Assembly (NCBI GenBank): GCA_903813345.2
Contig: CAIIXF020000001.1
Span: 248,001-312,000, forward strand
Length of the DNA stretch: 64,000 nucleotides
Direction: 5' to 3'
Source of the DNA: Owenia fusiformis
Taxonomy: Eukaryota
Of this stretch, positions 44,701-59,700 are shown piece after piece. The position numbers and the translations under genes were made by a program. The stretch's first letter is position 1. Every line of letters begins with the position of its first letter. Below the pieces are notes generated by a model that had not been told where the DNA came from, did not search any database, and worked only from the letters and a program-made list of their open reading frames with translations.

Positions 44701-47700
44701 TGGGACACTCGTATTTCAAAAAATAAATATTGATTTTCTTGTTGAAAACATGTCATACCAGTGGATAGAGAATTTATTCATCTTTAATTTGGTATATCAT
44801 AAGTTCAAATTTTATATCATGTCTGTCAACCAGCGTTCATAATATAAATGACGTCATATTTGTTTCAAAACGGATTTTCCAAACCTTGCAAAAACCAAGT
44901 TTTTTTGTCAACTCTATTTATATAAATAGACATTCAATATATCCACCATTTTGATTAATTATGGCCCTCTATTTTGTCCTAAACTGCTGTTGATACAATG
45001 AATTCCACTTCTCAGCAATTCTATTCTTAATAAGGGACTGAGTAGATGTAAGGGGTTCATGCTACACCAATTCTGTTTGTTCTCCCAATACGTGGTAGTC
45101 CCAGACATTGACATCTGGTAGTCCCAGACATTGACATCTGGTAGTCCCAGACATTGACATCGGATCATCCAATCATGTTTTCTTGGACCATCCTGATATG
45201 AGCTCATTTTCCAGTCATTACATTTTCCAACAAGATGGGGCACCAATCAATAAATCCCATAAGAGTGTCAAAGGTTTAAAGGAAATGTGCCTAGAATCAT
45301 CCCCTTAATCACTGCCCGCCCCAAAACCCAACATCTGGGACTACCACGTATTGGAAGAACTATCAGAATTGGTGTACCATGAAACCTTCACATTCATTCA
45401 GTCCCTTAGAGAAATTCATTGTCTCAACAGCATATAAATTATGCTATTGACCAATTTAAGCCAAAACTGAGGGCTATAATTGATCAAAATGTTGGATATA
45501 ATCACTAGGGCAGAGCATTTGTACTGAAAGGAGCGTTTTCAGTACAAATATGTACTGAAAAATGTACTTGTTTTGTTTCGGTACAAATTTAAGTATATTT
45601 TTGTACTGAAAAATGCACTGAATTTTTTTCAGTATATTTTTCAGTACAAATTCATGTACTGAAAAATATACTGAATTTTAAGTGAAAAATGCACTGAAAA
45701 TTTAAGGATAAATTTAAGTACAAATATATACTGAAAAATGTACTGAAATTTAAGTGCAAAAGTCAGTATAAAAATGTACTGAAAAATATACTGAAATTTA
45801 AGGATAATTTTAAGTGTAAATATATGCAATGAGAAATATTTGTGCCAAATAATGGAAATAAGAGAAAACGTAAATGTAAGGCATACTTTATAAACTCTAA
45901 ATCACTCAAAAAGTTCTTAGAATGGTGAAAAAGTGAATGATTTTAAAAAAAAATTTGGCCGGGGGGGGGGGGGGGGGGGTTCGCTTGGACCCCTGAAACC
46001 CCCCCAACAGGAATGCTATTACATTATGAAATTATTTTGGATGCTTCCTAAATTACAGCAGCCTTTAACCAAACTTAAAAAAAGAGTCTCTCTGTAATCA
46101 GGTTTTGTTTTGCCTTGTCAAAATATTTTGTTTTGTTAGTGGATTAATAAAGTTTCTTTAGACACATCCTTTAAAGCAGACTCTAATCAAACTGGAGAGG
46201 CTAGGTTTACTGTAATCAAGTGATTTCCTTTTTAGAAGTTATGTTTATGGATTGTTTATGGATTCATTGAAAACGGCCTAAATCACTCAAAAAGTTCTTA
46301 GAATGGTGAAAAAGTGCATGATTTTAGAAGATTTTTTGGCCAGGGGGGGGGGGGGTGGGGTTCGCTTGGACCCCTGAACCCCCCCCCCCCCCAACAGGAA
46401 TGCTATTACATTATGAAATTATTTTGGATGCTTCCTTTACAGCAGACTTTAACCAAACTTAAAAGAGTCTCTCTGTAATCAGGTTTGTTTTGCCTTGTCA
46501 AAATATTTTGTTTTGTTAATGGATTAATAAAGTTTCTTTAGACACATCCTTTGAAGCAGACTCTAATCAAACTGGAGAGGCTAGGTTTACTGTAATCAAG
46601 TGTTTTCCTTTTAATAAGTTATGTTTTTGGATTAAATTATTTAAGACGCATCCTGTAATAATATCTGATTTCATTTTCTTCATCAATAAATTTCTTTTTA
46701 GCCAGATCAAACCTATCAAATATAATGCATATATAAGGGTTATGTACTGGGAGGTTTTGGATACCCATATTTCCTGAGGGATAAACCCTTTATTCAAAAC
46801 TGATCGTACATAACATGTGTATTCCATACCTTTTGAGGTTTCTACTTATTAAGTTCTAAAATTCAAAAACATTAAAGGTACACATTTTCTCAGTCTTAAA
46901 AATAAGTTTTTCATGAGATTTTCACTCATATTGCTTGAGCAAATTAATTAATTGATATCAAAATTAAAATATACAGGGTGACCCAAAAAAAATGCAACCC
47001 TCCATTTCTTCTATATTTTTCTTAAATGGAGGTAAATTGCTCTGCGATTTGGCACACAAGGACTTCATTCAATGTGGGATCCTCTGGCAAAGTTTTAATA
47101 ATCATAGTCTTATATTGATAGAGTTATGGTTGTTTCAAAATATGCTCCAGATGTCGTCAATTTCGCTGAAAACAAACTTGCAATGTTCAAGGAAAACTGT
47201 TCATAACACGGATACATTCTTCCCCATGGGTATGGCTCAAATTTTGCAGCAATTGCTTGTTGGAGTTCTGCAATTGTGGTAGGGTTATTTTCATACACAT
47301 TATCCCTTAAATAACCCCATATATAGAAGTCAGGGGCATTGAGATCAAGACTGCGGGATGACCATGGGTTCTCCGTCCTAGGAGAGATAATTTTCTCATA
47401 GACATGAGTAGTGAGCCAGGCTATGCTATCATTAGAAGTGTGAGGAGTAGCTCCATCCTTCTAGAACCACTGTTCTTGTCTATTGAAGCCTCTATGTCAC
47501 TCTAGAACTGCCAAGAACTTCCAGGGAACGCCAATATTGCGCTGTGTGTTAACAGTAACAGTGTTGTCATTATCAACCTCAAACCAAAAGGGGCTGATGA
47601 TATCATGTTTGGGAATTAGCAGCCCAAGCTGTGCATTTAACAGAATGAAGGGGCCTTTGAAGCACTTCATCTGGAATTTGTGATCCCAGAACACGTTATT

Positions 47701-50700
47701 TATTGAGTTTACATGTTCAGAAAGAAGGGAATGTGATTCATCAGAAAACCTAACATTGGAAATGGACGACATTTGGAGCATATTTTGGAACGACCATAAC
47801 TCTATCAATATAAGACTATGATTATTGAAACTTTGCCAGAGGATCCCACATTGAATGAAGTCCTTGTGTGCCAAATCTCAGAGCAATTAACCTCCATTTA
47901 AGAAAAATATTGAAGAAATGGAGGGTTGCATTTTTTTTGGGTCACCCTGTATAACATGAACATAGAACCTCATTTGTTCAAGTATAGCAAAATCCATGGT
48001 ATAGATGTCAAAGTCAGGAAGATGTCGTAATTCAAAATCTAAGTATATTTTTCAGTATAAATTTACACTTAAATATGCCCTTAAATTTCAGTATATTTTT
48101 CAGTACATATTTGCACTTAAAATCACACTTAAATTTCAGTATATTTTTAAGTACATATTTGCACTTAAAATCACACTTAAAATTCAGTATATTTTTCAGT
48201 ATAAATATATACTGAAAAATGTACTTAAAATTTCAGTACATTTTTCAGTACATATTTATACTGAAATTTGCACTGAAATTTTAAGTATATTTTTCAGTAC
48301 ATATTTATACTGAAAAATATACTTAAAAATTCAGTACATTTTTCAGTACATATTTGTACTGAAAACGCTCCTTTGAGTACAAATGCTCTGCTTTAGTGAT
48401 TGAACGTCTGTTTTAGATGTAAATAAAGTTGACAATAAAATTTGGTTTTTGTAATGTTTTGAAACGAAAATGACGTCATTTATATTATGGACACTTGTTG
48501 ACAGACATTATAACTTATGATATACCAAATTAAAGATAAGTAAATTCCCAATCCATTGGTATATAATATGACATATTTTCATAAATAAAATAAATATTTA
48601 TTATTGAAACACGATACTACAGCCCCAAGTCTTTAGGGAATACATGGTATATAACATTTAATCAGACAAAAATGCAAGAAGCAGTATATGAATATGCATA
48701 GTACATAAAAAAATATGCATTGTGCTTTATACCTGTGATAACTAAGCTGTCTTCTTCACAGTTATTGGAATCCCTGAGTTTAAAGTCCAACACGGTGAGT
48801 TGGATTCTTTGTCCCTGTCCTGCTTTTATGTTCCAGACACAAGTGTCTCCCTCATCATAGTCCTCCTCAGGGTAACCTGGACTCAAGATCTCACCCTCAG
48901 GATCCAACAGGGTGCCCCCACAATTAGGGATAGCTACAAAATATGGAGTGCTTACTTTAAGTCATGACTAACAAATTAGTTTCAATACAGCACATACACT
49001 ACAATTGCACCAAGTCATGCCTAAGACTTAGTTTCAATATAGCACATATACTACAATTGCTCCAAGTCATGCCTTAGACTTAGTTTCAATATAGTGCATA
49101 CACTACAATCACTCCAAGTCATACCTTAGACTTAGTTTCAATATAGTGCATATACTACAATTGCTCCAAGTCATGCCTTAGACTTAGTTTCAATATAGTG
49201 CATATACTACAATTGCTCCAAGTCATGCCTTAGACTTAGTTTCAATATAGTGCATACACTACAATCACTCCAAGTCATGCCTTAGACTTAGTTTCAATAT
49301 AGTGCATATACTACAATTGCTCCAAGTCATGCCTTAGACTTAGTTTCAATATAGTGCATATACATGTACTACAATTGCTCCAAGTCATGCCTTAGACTTA
49401 GTTTCAATATAGTGCATATACTACAATTGCACCAAGTCATGCCTAAGACTTAGTTTCAATATAGCACATATACTACAATTGCTCCAAGTCATGCCTTAGA
49501 CTTAGTTTCAATATAGTGCATACACTACAATCACTCCAAGTCATGCCTTAGACTTAGTTTCAATATAGTGCATATACTACAATTGCTCCAAGTCATGCCT
49601 TAGACTTAGTTTCAATATAGTGCATATACTACAATTGCTCCAAGTCATGCCTTAGACTTAGTTTCAATATAGTGCATATACTACAATTGCTCCAAGTCAT
49701 GCCTTAGACTTAGTTTCAATATAGTGCATATACTACAATCACTCCAAGTCATGCCTTAGACTTAGTTTCAATATAGTGCATATACTACAATTGCTCCAAG
49801 TCATGCCTTAGACTTAGTTTCAATATAGTGCATATACTACAATTGCTCCAAGTCATGCCTTAGACTTAGTTTCAATATAGTGCATATACTACAATTGCTC
49901 CAAGTCATGCCTTAGACTTAATTTCAATATAGTACATATACTACAATTGCTCCAAGTCATGCCTTAGACTTAGTTTCAATATAGCGCATATACTACAATT
50001 GCTCCAAGTCATGCCTAAGACTTAGCTTCAACATGGCGCATATACTACAATTGCTCCAAGTCATGCCTTAGACTTAGTTTCAATATAGCGCATATACTAC
50101 AATTGCTCCAAGTCATGCCTTAGACTTAGTTTCAATATAGTGCATACACTACAATCGCTCCAAGTCATGCCTTAGACTTAGTTTCAATATAGCACATATA
50201 CTACAATTGCTCCAAGTCATGCCTAAGACTTAGTTTCAATATAGTGCATATACTACAATTGCTCCAAGTCATGCCTTAGACTTAGTTTCAACATGGCGCA
50301 TATACTACAATTGCTCCAAGTCATGCCTTAGACTTAGTTTCAATATAGCGCATATACTACAATTGCTCCAAGTCATGCCTTAGACTTAGTTTCAATATAG
50401 TGCATACACTACAATCGCTCCAAGTCATGCCTTAGACTTAGTTTCAATATAGCACATATACTACAATTGCTCCAAGTCATGCCTAAGACTTAGTTTCAAT
50501 ATAGTGCATATACTACAATTGCTCCAAGTCATGCCTAAGACTTAGTTTCAATATAGTGCATATACTACAATTGCTCCAAGTCATGCCTTAGACTTAGTTT
50601 CAATATAGTGCATATACTACAATTGCTCCAAGTCATGCCTTAGACTTAATTTCAATATAGTACATATACTACAATTGCTCCAAGTCATGCCTTAGACTTA

Positions 50701-53700
50701 GTTTCAATATAGCGCATATACTACAATTGCTCCAAGTCATGCCTTAGACTTAGTTTCAATATAGTGCATATACTACAATTGCTCCAAGTCATGCCTTAGA
50801 CTTAGTTTCAATATAGTGCATATACTACAATTGCTCCAAGTCATGCCTTAGACTTAGTTTCAATATAGTGCATACACTACAATCGCTCCAAGTCATGCCT
50901 TAGACTTAGTTTCAATATAGCACATATACTACAATTGCTCCAAGTCATGCCTAAGACTTAGTTTCAATATAGTGCATATACTACAATTGCTCCAAGTCAT
51001 GCCTTAGACTTAGTTTCAATATAGTGCATATACTACAATTGCTCCAAGTCATGCCTTAGACTTAGTTTCAATATAGTGCATATACTACAATTGCTCCAAG
51101 TCATGCCTTAGACTTAGTTTCAACATGGCGCATATACTACAATTGCTCCAAGTCATGCCTTAGACTTAGTTTCAATAAAGCACATATACTACAATTGCTC
51201 CAAGTCATGCCTAAGACTTAGCTTCAACATGGCGCATATACTACAATTGCTCCAAGTCATGCCTTAGACTTAGTTTCAATATAGCGCATATACTACAATT
51301 GCTCCAAGTCACGCCTAAGACTTAGTTTCAATATAGTGCATATACTACAATTGCTCCAAGTCATGCCTTAGACTTAGTTTCAATATAGCACATATACTAC
51401 AATTGCTCCAAGTCATGCCTAAGACTTAGCTTCAACATGGCGCATATACTACAATTGCTCCAAGTCATGCCTTAGACTTAGTTTCAATATAGCGCATATA
51501 CTACAATTGCTCCAAGTCATGCCTTAGACTTAGTTTCAATATAGTGCATACACTACAATCGCTCCAAGTCATGCCTTAGACTTAGTTTCAACATAGCGCA
51601 TATACTACAATCACTCCAAGTCATGCCTTAGACTTAGTTTCAATATAGTGCATATACTACAATTGCTCCAAGTCATGCCTAAGACTTAGTTTCAATATAG
51701 TGCATATACATGTACTACAATTGCTCCAAGTCATGCCTTAGACTTAGTTTCAATATAGTGCATATACTACAATTGCTCCAAGTCATGCCTTAGACTTAGT
51801 TTCAATATAGTGCATATACTACAATTGCTCCAAGTCATGCCTAAGACTTAGTTTCAATATAGTGCATATACATGTACTACAACTGCTCCAAGTCATGCCT
51901 TAGACTTAGTTTCAATATAGTGCATATACTACAATTGCTCCAAGTCATGCCTAAGACTTAGTTTCAATATAGTGCATATACATGTACTACAATTGCTCCA
52001 AGTCATGCCTTAGACTTAGTTTCAATAAAGCGCATACACTACAATCGCTCCAAGTCATGCCTTAGACTTAGTTTCAATATAGTGCATATACTACAATTGC
52101 TCCAAGTCATGCCTTAGACTTAGTTTCAATATAGTGCATATACTACAATTGCTCCAAGTCATGCCTTAGACTTAGTTTCAATATAGTGCATATACTACAA
52201 TTGCTCCAAGTCATGCCTTAGACTTAGTTTCAATATAGTGCATATACTACAATTGCTCCAAGTCATGCCTTAGACTTAGTTTCAATATAGTGCATATACT
52301 ACAATTGCTCCAAGTCATGCCTTAGACTTAGTTTCAATATAGTGCATATACTACAATTGCTCCAAGTCATGCCTTAGACTTAGTTTCAATATAGTGCATA
52401 TACATGTACTACAATTGCTCCAAGTCATGCCTTAGACTTAGTTTCAATAAAGCACATACACTACAATCGCTCCAAGTCATGCCTTAGACTTAGTTTCAAT
52501 ATAGTGCATATACTACAATTGCTCCAAGTCATGCCTTAGACTTAGTTTCAATATAGTGCATATACTACAATTGCTCCAAGTCATGCCTTAGACTTAGTTT
52601 CAATATAGTGCATATACTACAATTGCTCCAAGTCATGCCTTAGACTTAGTTTCAATATAGTGCATATACTACAATTGCTCCAAGTCATGCCTTAGACTTA
52701 GTTTCAATATAGTGCATATACTACAATTGCTCCAAGTCATGCCTAAGACTTAGTTTCAATATAGTGCATATACATGTACTACAATTGCTCCAAGTCATGC
52801 CTTAGACTTAGTTTCAATATAGTGCATATACTACAATTGCTCCAAGTCATGCCTTAGACTTAGTTTCAATATAGTGCATATACTACAATTGCTCCAAGTC
52901 ATGCCTAAGACTTAGTTTCAATATAGTGCATATACATGTACTACAATTGCTCCAAGTCATGCCTTAGACTTAGTTTCAATATAGTGCATATACTACAATT
53001 GCTCCAAGTCATGCCTTAGACTTAATTTCAATATAGTACATATACTACAATTGCTCCAAGTCATGCCTTAGACTTAGTTTCAATATAGTGCATATACTAC
53101 AATTGCTCCAAGTCATGCCTTAGACTTAGTTTCAATATAGTGCATATACTACAATTGCTCCAAGTCATGCCTTAGACTTAGTTTCAATATAGTGCATATA
53201 CTACAATTGCTCCAAGTCATGCCTAAGACTTAGTTTCAATATAGTGCATATACATGTACTACAATTGCTCCAAGTCATGCCTTAGACTTAGTTTCAATAA
53301 AGCGCATACACTACAATCGCTCCAAGTCATGCCTTAGACTTAGTTTCAATATAGTGCATATACTACAATTGCTCCAAGTCATGCCTTAGACTTAGTTTCA
53401 ATATAGTGCATATACTACAATTGCTCCAAGTCATGCCTTAGACTTAGTTTCAATATAGTGCATATACTACAATTGCTCCAAGTCATGCCTTAGACTTAGT
53501 TTCAATATAGTGCATATACTACAATTGCTCCAAGTCATGCCTTAGACTTAGTTTCAATATAGTGCATATACTACAATTGCTCCAAGTCATGCCTTAGACT
53601 TAGTTTCAATATAGTGCATATACTACAATTGCTCCAAGTCATGCCTAAGACTTAGTTTCAATATAGTGCATATACTACAATTGCTCCAAGTCATGCCTTA

Positions 53701-56700
53701 GACTTAGTTTCAATAAAGCGCATACACTACAATTGCTCCAAGTCATGCCTTAGACTTAGTTTCAATATAGTGCATATACTACAATTGCTCCAAGTCATGC
53801 CTAAGACTTAGTTTCAATATAGTGCATATACATGTACTACAACTGCTCCAAGTCATGCCTTAGACTTAGTTTCAATATAGTGCATATACTACAATTGCTC
53901 CAAGTCATGCCTAAGACTTAGTTTCAATATAGTGCATATACATGTACTACAATTGCTCCAAGTCATGCCTTAGACTTAGTTTCAATAAAGCGCATACACT
54001 ACAATCGCTCCAAGTCATGCCTTAGACTTAGTTTCAATATAGTGCATATACTACAATTGCTCCAAGTCATGCCTTAGACTTAGTTTCAATATAGTGCATA
54101 TACTACAATTGCTCCAAGTCATGCCTTAGACTTAGTTTCAATATAGTGCATATACTACAATTGCTCCAAGTCATGCCTTAGACTTAGTTTCAATATAGTG
54201 CATATACTACAATTGCTCCAAGTCATGCCTTAGACTTAGTTTCAATATAGTGCATATACTACAATTGCTCCAAGTCATGCCTTAGACTTAGTTTCAATAT
54301 AGTGCATATACTACAATTGCTCCAAGTCATGCCTTAGACTTAGTTTCAATATAGTGCATATACATGTACTACAATTGCTCCAAGTCATGCCTTAGACTTA
54401 GTTTCAATAAAGCACATACACTACAATCGCTCCAAGTCATGCCTTAGACTTAGTTTCAATATAGTGCATATACTACAATTGCTCCAAGTCATGCCTTAGA
54501 CTTAGTTTCAATATAGTGCATATACTACAATTGCTCCAAGTCATGCCTTAGACTTAGTTTCAATATAGTGCATATACTACAATTGCTCCAAGTCATGCCT
54601 TAGACTTAGTTTCAATATAGTGCATATACTACAATTGCTCCAAGTCATGCCTTAGACTTAGTTTCAATATAGTGCATATACTACAATTGCTCCAAGTCAT
54701 GCCTAAGACTTAGTTTCAATATAGTGCATATACATGTACTACAATTGCTCCAAGTCATGCCTTAGACTTAGTTTCAATATAGTGCATATACTACAATTGC
54801 TCCAAGTCATGCCTTAGACTTAGTTTCAATATAGTGCATATACTACAATTGCTCCAAGTCATGCCTAAGACTTAGTTTCAATATAGTGCATATACATGTA
54901 CTACAATTGCTCCAAGTCATGCCTTAGACTTAGTTTCAATATAGTGCATATACTACAATTGCTCCAAGTCATGCCTTAGACTTAATTTCAATATAGTACA
55001 TATACTACAATTGCTCCAAGTCATGCCTTAGACTTAGTTTCAATATAGTGCATATACTACAATTGCTCCAAGTCATGCCTTAGACTTAGTTTCAATATAG
55101 TGCATATACTACAATTGCTCCAAGTCATGCCTTAGACTTAGTTTCAATATAGTGCATATACTACAATTGCTCCAAGTCATGCCTAAGACTTAGTTTCAAT
55201 ATAGTGCATATACATGTACTACAATTGCTCCAAGTCATGCCTTAGACTTAGTTTCAATAAAGCGCATACACTACAATCGCTCCAAGTCATGCCTTAGACT
55301 TAGTTTCAATATAGTGCATATACTACAATTGCTCCAAGTCATGCCTTAGACTTAGTTTCAATATAGTGCATATACTACAATTGCTCCAAGTCATGCCTTA
55401 GACTTAGTTTCAATATAGTGCATATACTACAATTGCTCCAAGTCATGCCTTAGACTTAGTTTCAATATAGTGCATATACTACAATTGCTCCAAGTCATGC
55501 CTTAGACTTAGTTTCAATATAGTGCATATACTACAATTGCTCCAAGTCATGCCTTAGACTTAGTTTCAATATAGTGCATATACTACAATTGCTCCAAGTC
55601 ATGCCTAAGACTTAGTTTCAATATAGTGCATATACTACAATTGCTCCAAGTCATGCCTTAGACTTAGTTTCAATAAAGCGCATACACTACAATTGCTCCA
55701 AGTCATGCCTTAGACTTAGTTTCAATATAGTGCATATACTACAATTGCTCCAAGTCATGCCTTAGACTTAGTTTCAATATAGTGCATACACTACAATTGC
55801 TCCAGATTTAAGCTCTGACAACAAAGTGAATGTACATCTAACTTAAATTCTCAGAAAAATGGTGACCATTTTGAAATTCAGCAGTCATCAAATTAGTCCT
55901 GTATGTTCAGTTGTCGATCTATGCCATTTATACATATATGGTATGATAACATTTTGAATATTTTCCTCATATTATGTACATTCTCCTCTTTTACAGTGGA
56001 TGAAAAACTGGGGTGACTCACTCCCCATTTTTGGTATATGACCTGTGACCCGACCCACGACACCCAACCCAACTCTATCCTACACCTATCATATATTTAT
56101 AAAATTTGAACAAAATCTGTCAACCAGTATTCGAGTTATCCCTCTGACACATGAATGGATTGACAGATGAATGGATGGATGAACGAGCAGATGAAAGGAC
56201 GGACAAAAGTACAAACGGCCTCTCTATATCCCCACAAACTTAGCTGAGTTGGATAATGATACCCTTATACACTGTATTGCTTACCTTGGTACTGTATACT
56301 GAATCCCTTAGCACCAGATTTACTCGTAGACCTTGTTAGTGAGATGCACATTCTGTTAGTTGTGGGATAGAGGATGTCTGGCCAATTCTTGGCAACCAGG
56401 CCTGCCCCTCCACGGTACCTCCTTAGCTTAGGGTCAGGGGGAAAGAGATCATCCCCCTCACAGTCTGCCCCATCATATATATTCAACTCATCTCCCTAGT
56501 AGGGAAAACATATCCATATATAGTCCTTTTGGAAAAAATATGTAGAAAGGGCCCAAGGAAAAATGGCAGTTAGAAGCTGTGTTGCAAAAAAGGAAGATAA
56601 AAATAGGATTTAAAAATTATAGCATTGGGTTATTAGATTTACCTCATTCAAGTCCATGTCTTCAACAAAGACTTTCAGCCTCATCCTGCTGTTTACTCTG

Positions 56701-59700
56701 ACATTCCACTGACATTTGAAGCCTGTGGGGTAAGGTTGGGGGTAGCTGGGGGACACGATAGAGCCAGCATCTAGACGGAAGTCACCACCACACTTACCAA
56801 CTGGAAACAAAAATATCTTAAATATCATGAAGCATCTTCAGTACCCAACCAGAAAGTATTTCTAAATGTTTCTTACTTCTTTAACTATGCTTATGATCAC
56901 TTAGCATCACTTTTGATTGTTGCTTCATTGTCTTGGACCTTATTAACTTCAGACATTTTGTTTAACAGTCATGATCCCTGTACTGGTTGAGTTGTTTAGA
57001 TCTGCCACCAGATGGCGCATTTATCGCTTTATCCCATATATGGCCAAGGCGTTAGTTTCCTTGTTTTCAGTTACAGTTTGAAAACTGAGGTGCATAATTT
57101 TCTATCAATAAGACTGTCTGAGACATATTTCTACAAACTTATATGGGATATTAACTTATATATATATATCTTTGCACACACCTGGCATAGTAGGAGTGGG
57201 TGTTACAAGGGCAGACTCATTCTTGCATTCAGTGATGAATGCACTCCATTTGGCATTTTCCTGACATGTGATCATAAATGTTGCCAGTCCATTTATAGTG
57301 AAGCCAGGGTCACATGTGTAGGTAGCCTGGTCACCAAACCTCTCCCCACTCATAGAGACCATTCCATTTGAGATGTTGTAGAGTGGGCCACAATTGATCC
57401 CTGAAGTGTTTAAAATATGTTTTCCTTTACATATGTAACATTAATGGCTATACAGCTGCTAACATAAACTGGAGCAATATATTCAATATCTGCTTTGATC
57501 TCAGAAAAGCATCAACAACATGACAAGATTCATGTAAAATAGAGGGCATCGGGTAATAGGGACAAACAAGGTATATATAATAAAGGACGATTCTCGGTTT
57601 GGAGAACAGTCTCCTGGGCTAATAATGTTTTCATGAAAAATATAGAAATATTACCCAAATTAAACTATGAATATTCAAAAGAGGACATTTAAATCTACAA
57701 GATGTAAAAATGACAAATTGGTCTGAAGCAGGGGTAACGCTCAATAAGACCGATTCAATAAAATACAAGTCTCGATTTGGGGAAAGAAGTTCATCAGTGT
57801 ACTGCGCTAATAATTTTTTGCAAAAAATATAGAAATATTACCCAAATTAAATTATGACTATTTAAAAGAAGACATTCAAATCTATATTATGTAAAAAAAA
57901 TCAAATCTGTCCGAAGCAGGGATAATGCTCATTTAGATTGATGAACTTCGTTCTCCAAACCGAGAATCGTCCTTTAACCACTGCATTTTCTAGATATAAT
58001 AGCCATTGCTGGGAATTAAAAAATGTCAGTCAATGAGGCAGAATCGATAATATTACATCTGTACATGTGCAGTTAAAGTTGCTATATTAGCAATGCATTA
58101 AAATGTTAATTAAAAGTAATGAAAAGCCCTTAAGAGGTAATTTGACATACTTGTGCAATAAGGAGCTTTTCCACTCCATTGGCCATTCTCCAAGCATGTC
58201 CTTGTTTTCAAACCATTCAGTTTCCAGCCTGCCTGGCAAGTGTATGTCACCATATCCCCAAATCCTGTGCCGGAGGTTGTCACTGTGCTCAGTGGATGTT
58301 TGTCAGGAGCTCCACATTTAGACTCTGGAAGACATAAAATGTTATCATTCAATGATTTGAGTACCATACATAAAACACTGTGCCTTAGAAAGTCTGTACT
58401 GTTCTTATGGTTTCTTAAAAGGGGCTAGCTGAATCATTGAGGGCGCAATATTTTCTGTATTTTCTGAGAAATTATTGAATCATTTTTTTATTCAATGATA
58501 TTTTTCAACAGAAAATGACACTTACATGTCCAAGCATATGGAACAATGAAGACATGAAAATACAGTCCATATTTACATCAGACGGGCCAATCAGATCTAT
58601 ATCAAACTGGTTGAACCAAAATATTTAGAATTAGTGTCAAATTACAGTCTTAATGAATTCAAAAATACTTACGGACACATGCAGCAAATGTTCCACTCCA
58701 CTGTCCATTGGCTTGACACTGTCTTATTGGGTTGCCTTTCAAAACATAACCATCATTACACAGGTAGGTTGCCAATGTACCAAACTGCTTGCCAGTCACT
58801 GACACTATTCCATTCCCAGGGTTCCTCAGAACTTCGTCACATGTCACAACTGAAACACATTATAACATTCACACATCACATAACTGTAGTTACAATTTAT
58901 TTCATGATGTAACATATCGGTGTATTAAAAAAACATTTGTACTCAATGCCCTAAGTGGGCATCTCAGTGCCAATATCAAATTGTGTTCCAGGGCAACTAA
59001 TGTACATACAATTTACAAAGCATGGCTTTATGTAGGTTTCCTTGGAGCGACACAACTTCAAGATATGACTTTATTTTAATGTTGTAAAAGAAAGATTCCT
59101 TTTAAAAATGATCTATCTGAGTAATTTAGTATTTTTCAAAATTCTTATTTTTGAACCAAATCAATGTTACAAGCTTACTGCCATTTTTCCATTTTCAATT
59201 CATAGTGCCCTATTCAAAAAATAATGACATAGTTTTCGCAAAGTAACAGTTAAGCAAAACGTCAACTTACGTATACATAATACATCAGGCCCAGACCAGT
59301 AGCCATCTGCCCCACACGTCCTCACAGGGTTGTCTTTTGCCTTAAAGCCAGTATCACACTTATAGCTGATTGTGGCCCCCACAGTGAAGTCATTACCTAC
59401 AACTTTACCATTGGCAGGGTCTCCAGGATCTCCACAACTAGTTACTTTGCCAGAGCCTGCAATTGTCAAGCATGTGCTAAATAAGCACTGTACAGTTAAA
59501 CTTGTGTATTATATGTATCTCTCTCAATTCAGCACTTTCATATGTGAACATGTTTCTAATCTGAAAAGCCTGCAATTGTCAAATATATATTTGATTAAAC
59601 TGTACTGTACACTTAAACTTGTGTCTAAACACTTTTTAATTGAACATGTCTCTTTTTTGAATTTAGCATATGCATGTATTGACTCATATATCAGAACCAC

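Larger units (their letters stand above)
44683..48613. mobile_element. Outer Tc1/mariner-type foldback MITE, split by nested insertions
   Basis: Left end CAGGGTGGTCCAAAAAAATGGGACAC. The left arm 44710-45130 is inverted relative to 45330-45500 plus 48400-48613; the extreme right terminus is missing. Confidence 0.75.

Noticed and set aside
45641-48313. ORFs 45641-45829 and 48005-48313 (FQYIF repeats)
   Set aside because: Translations of CACTA subterminal repeats.
8007-55804. Long regular arrays as CRISPR loci
   Set aside because: Units are head-to-tail with no unique spacers, there are no cas genes, and the context is spliceosomal introns.
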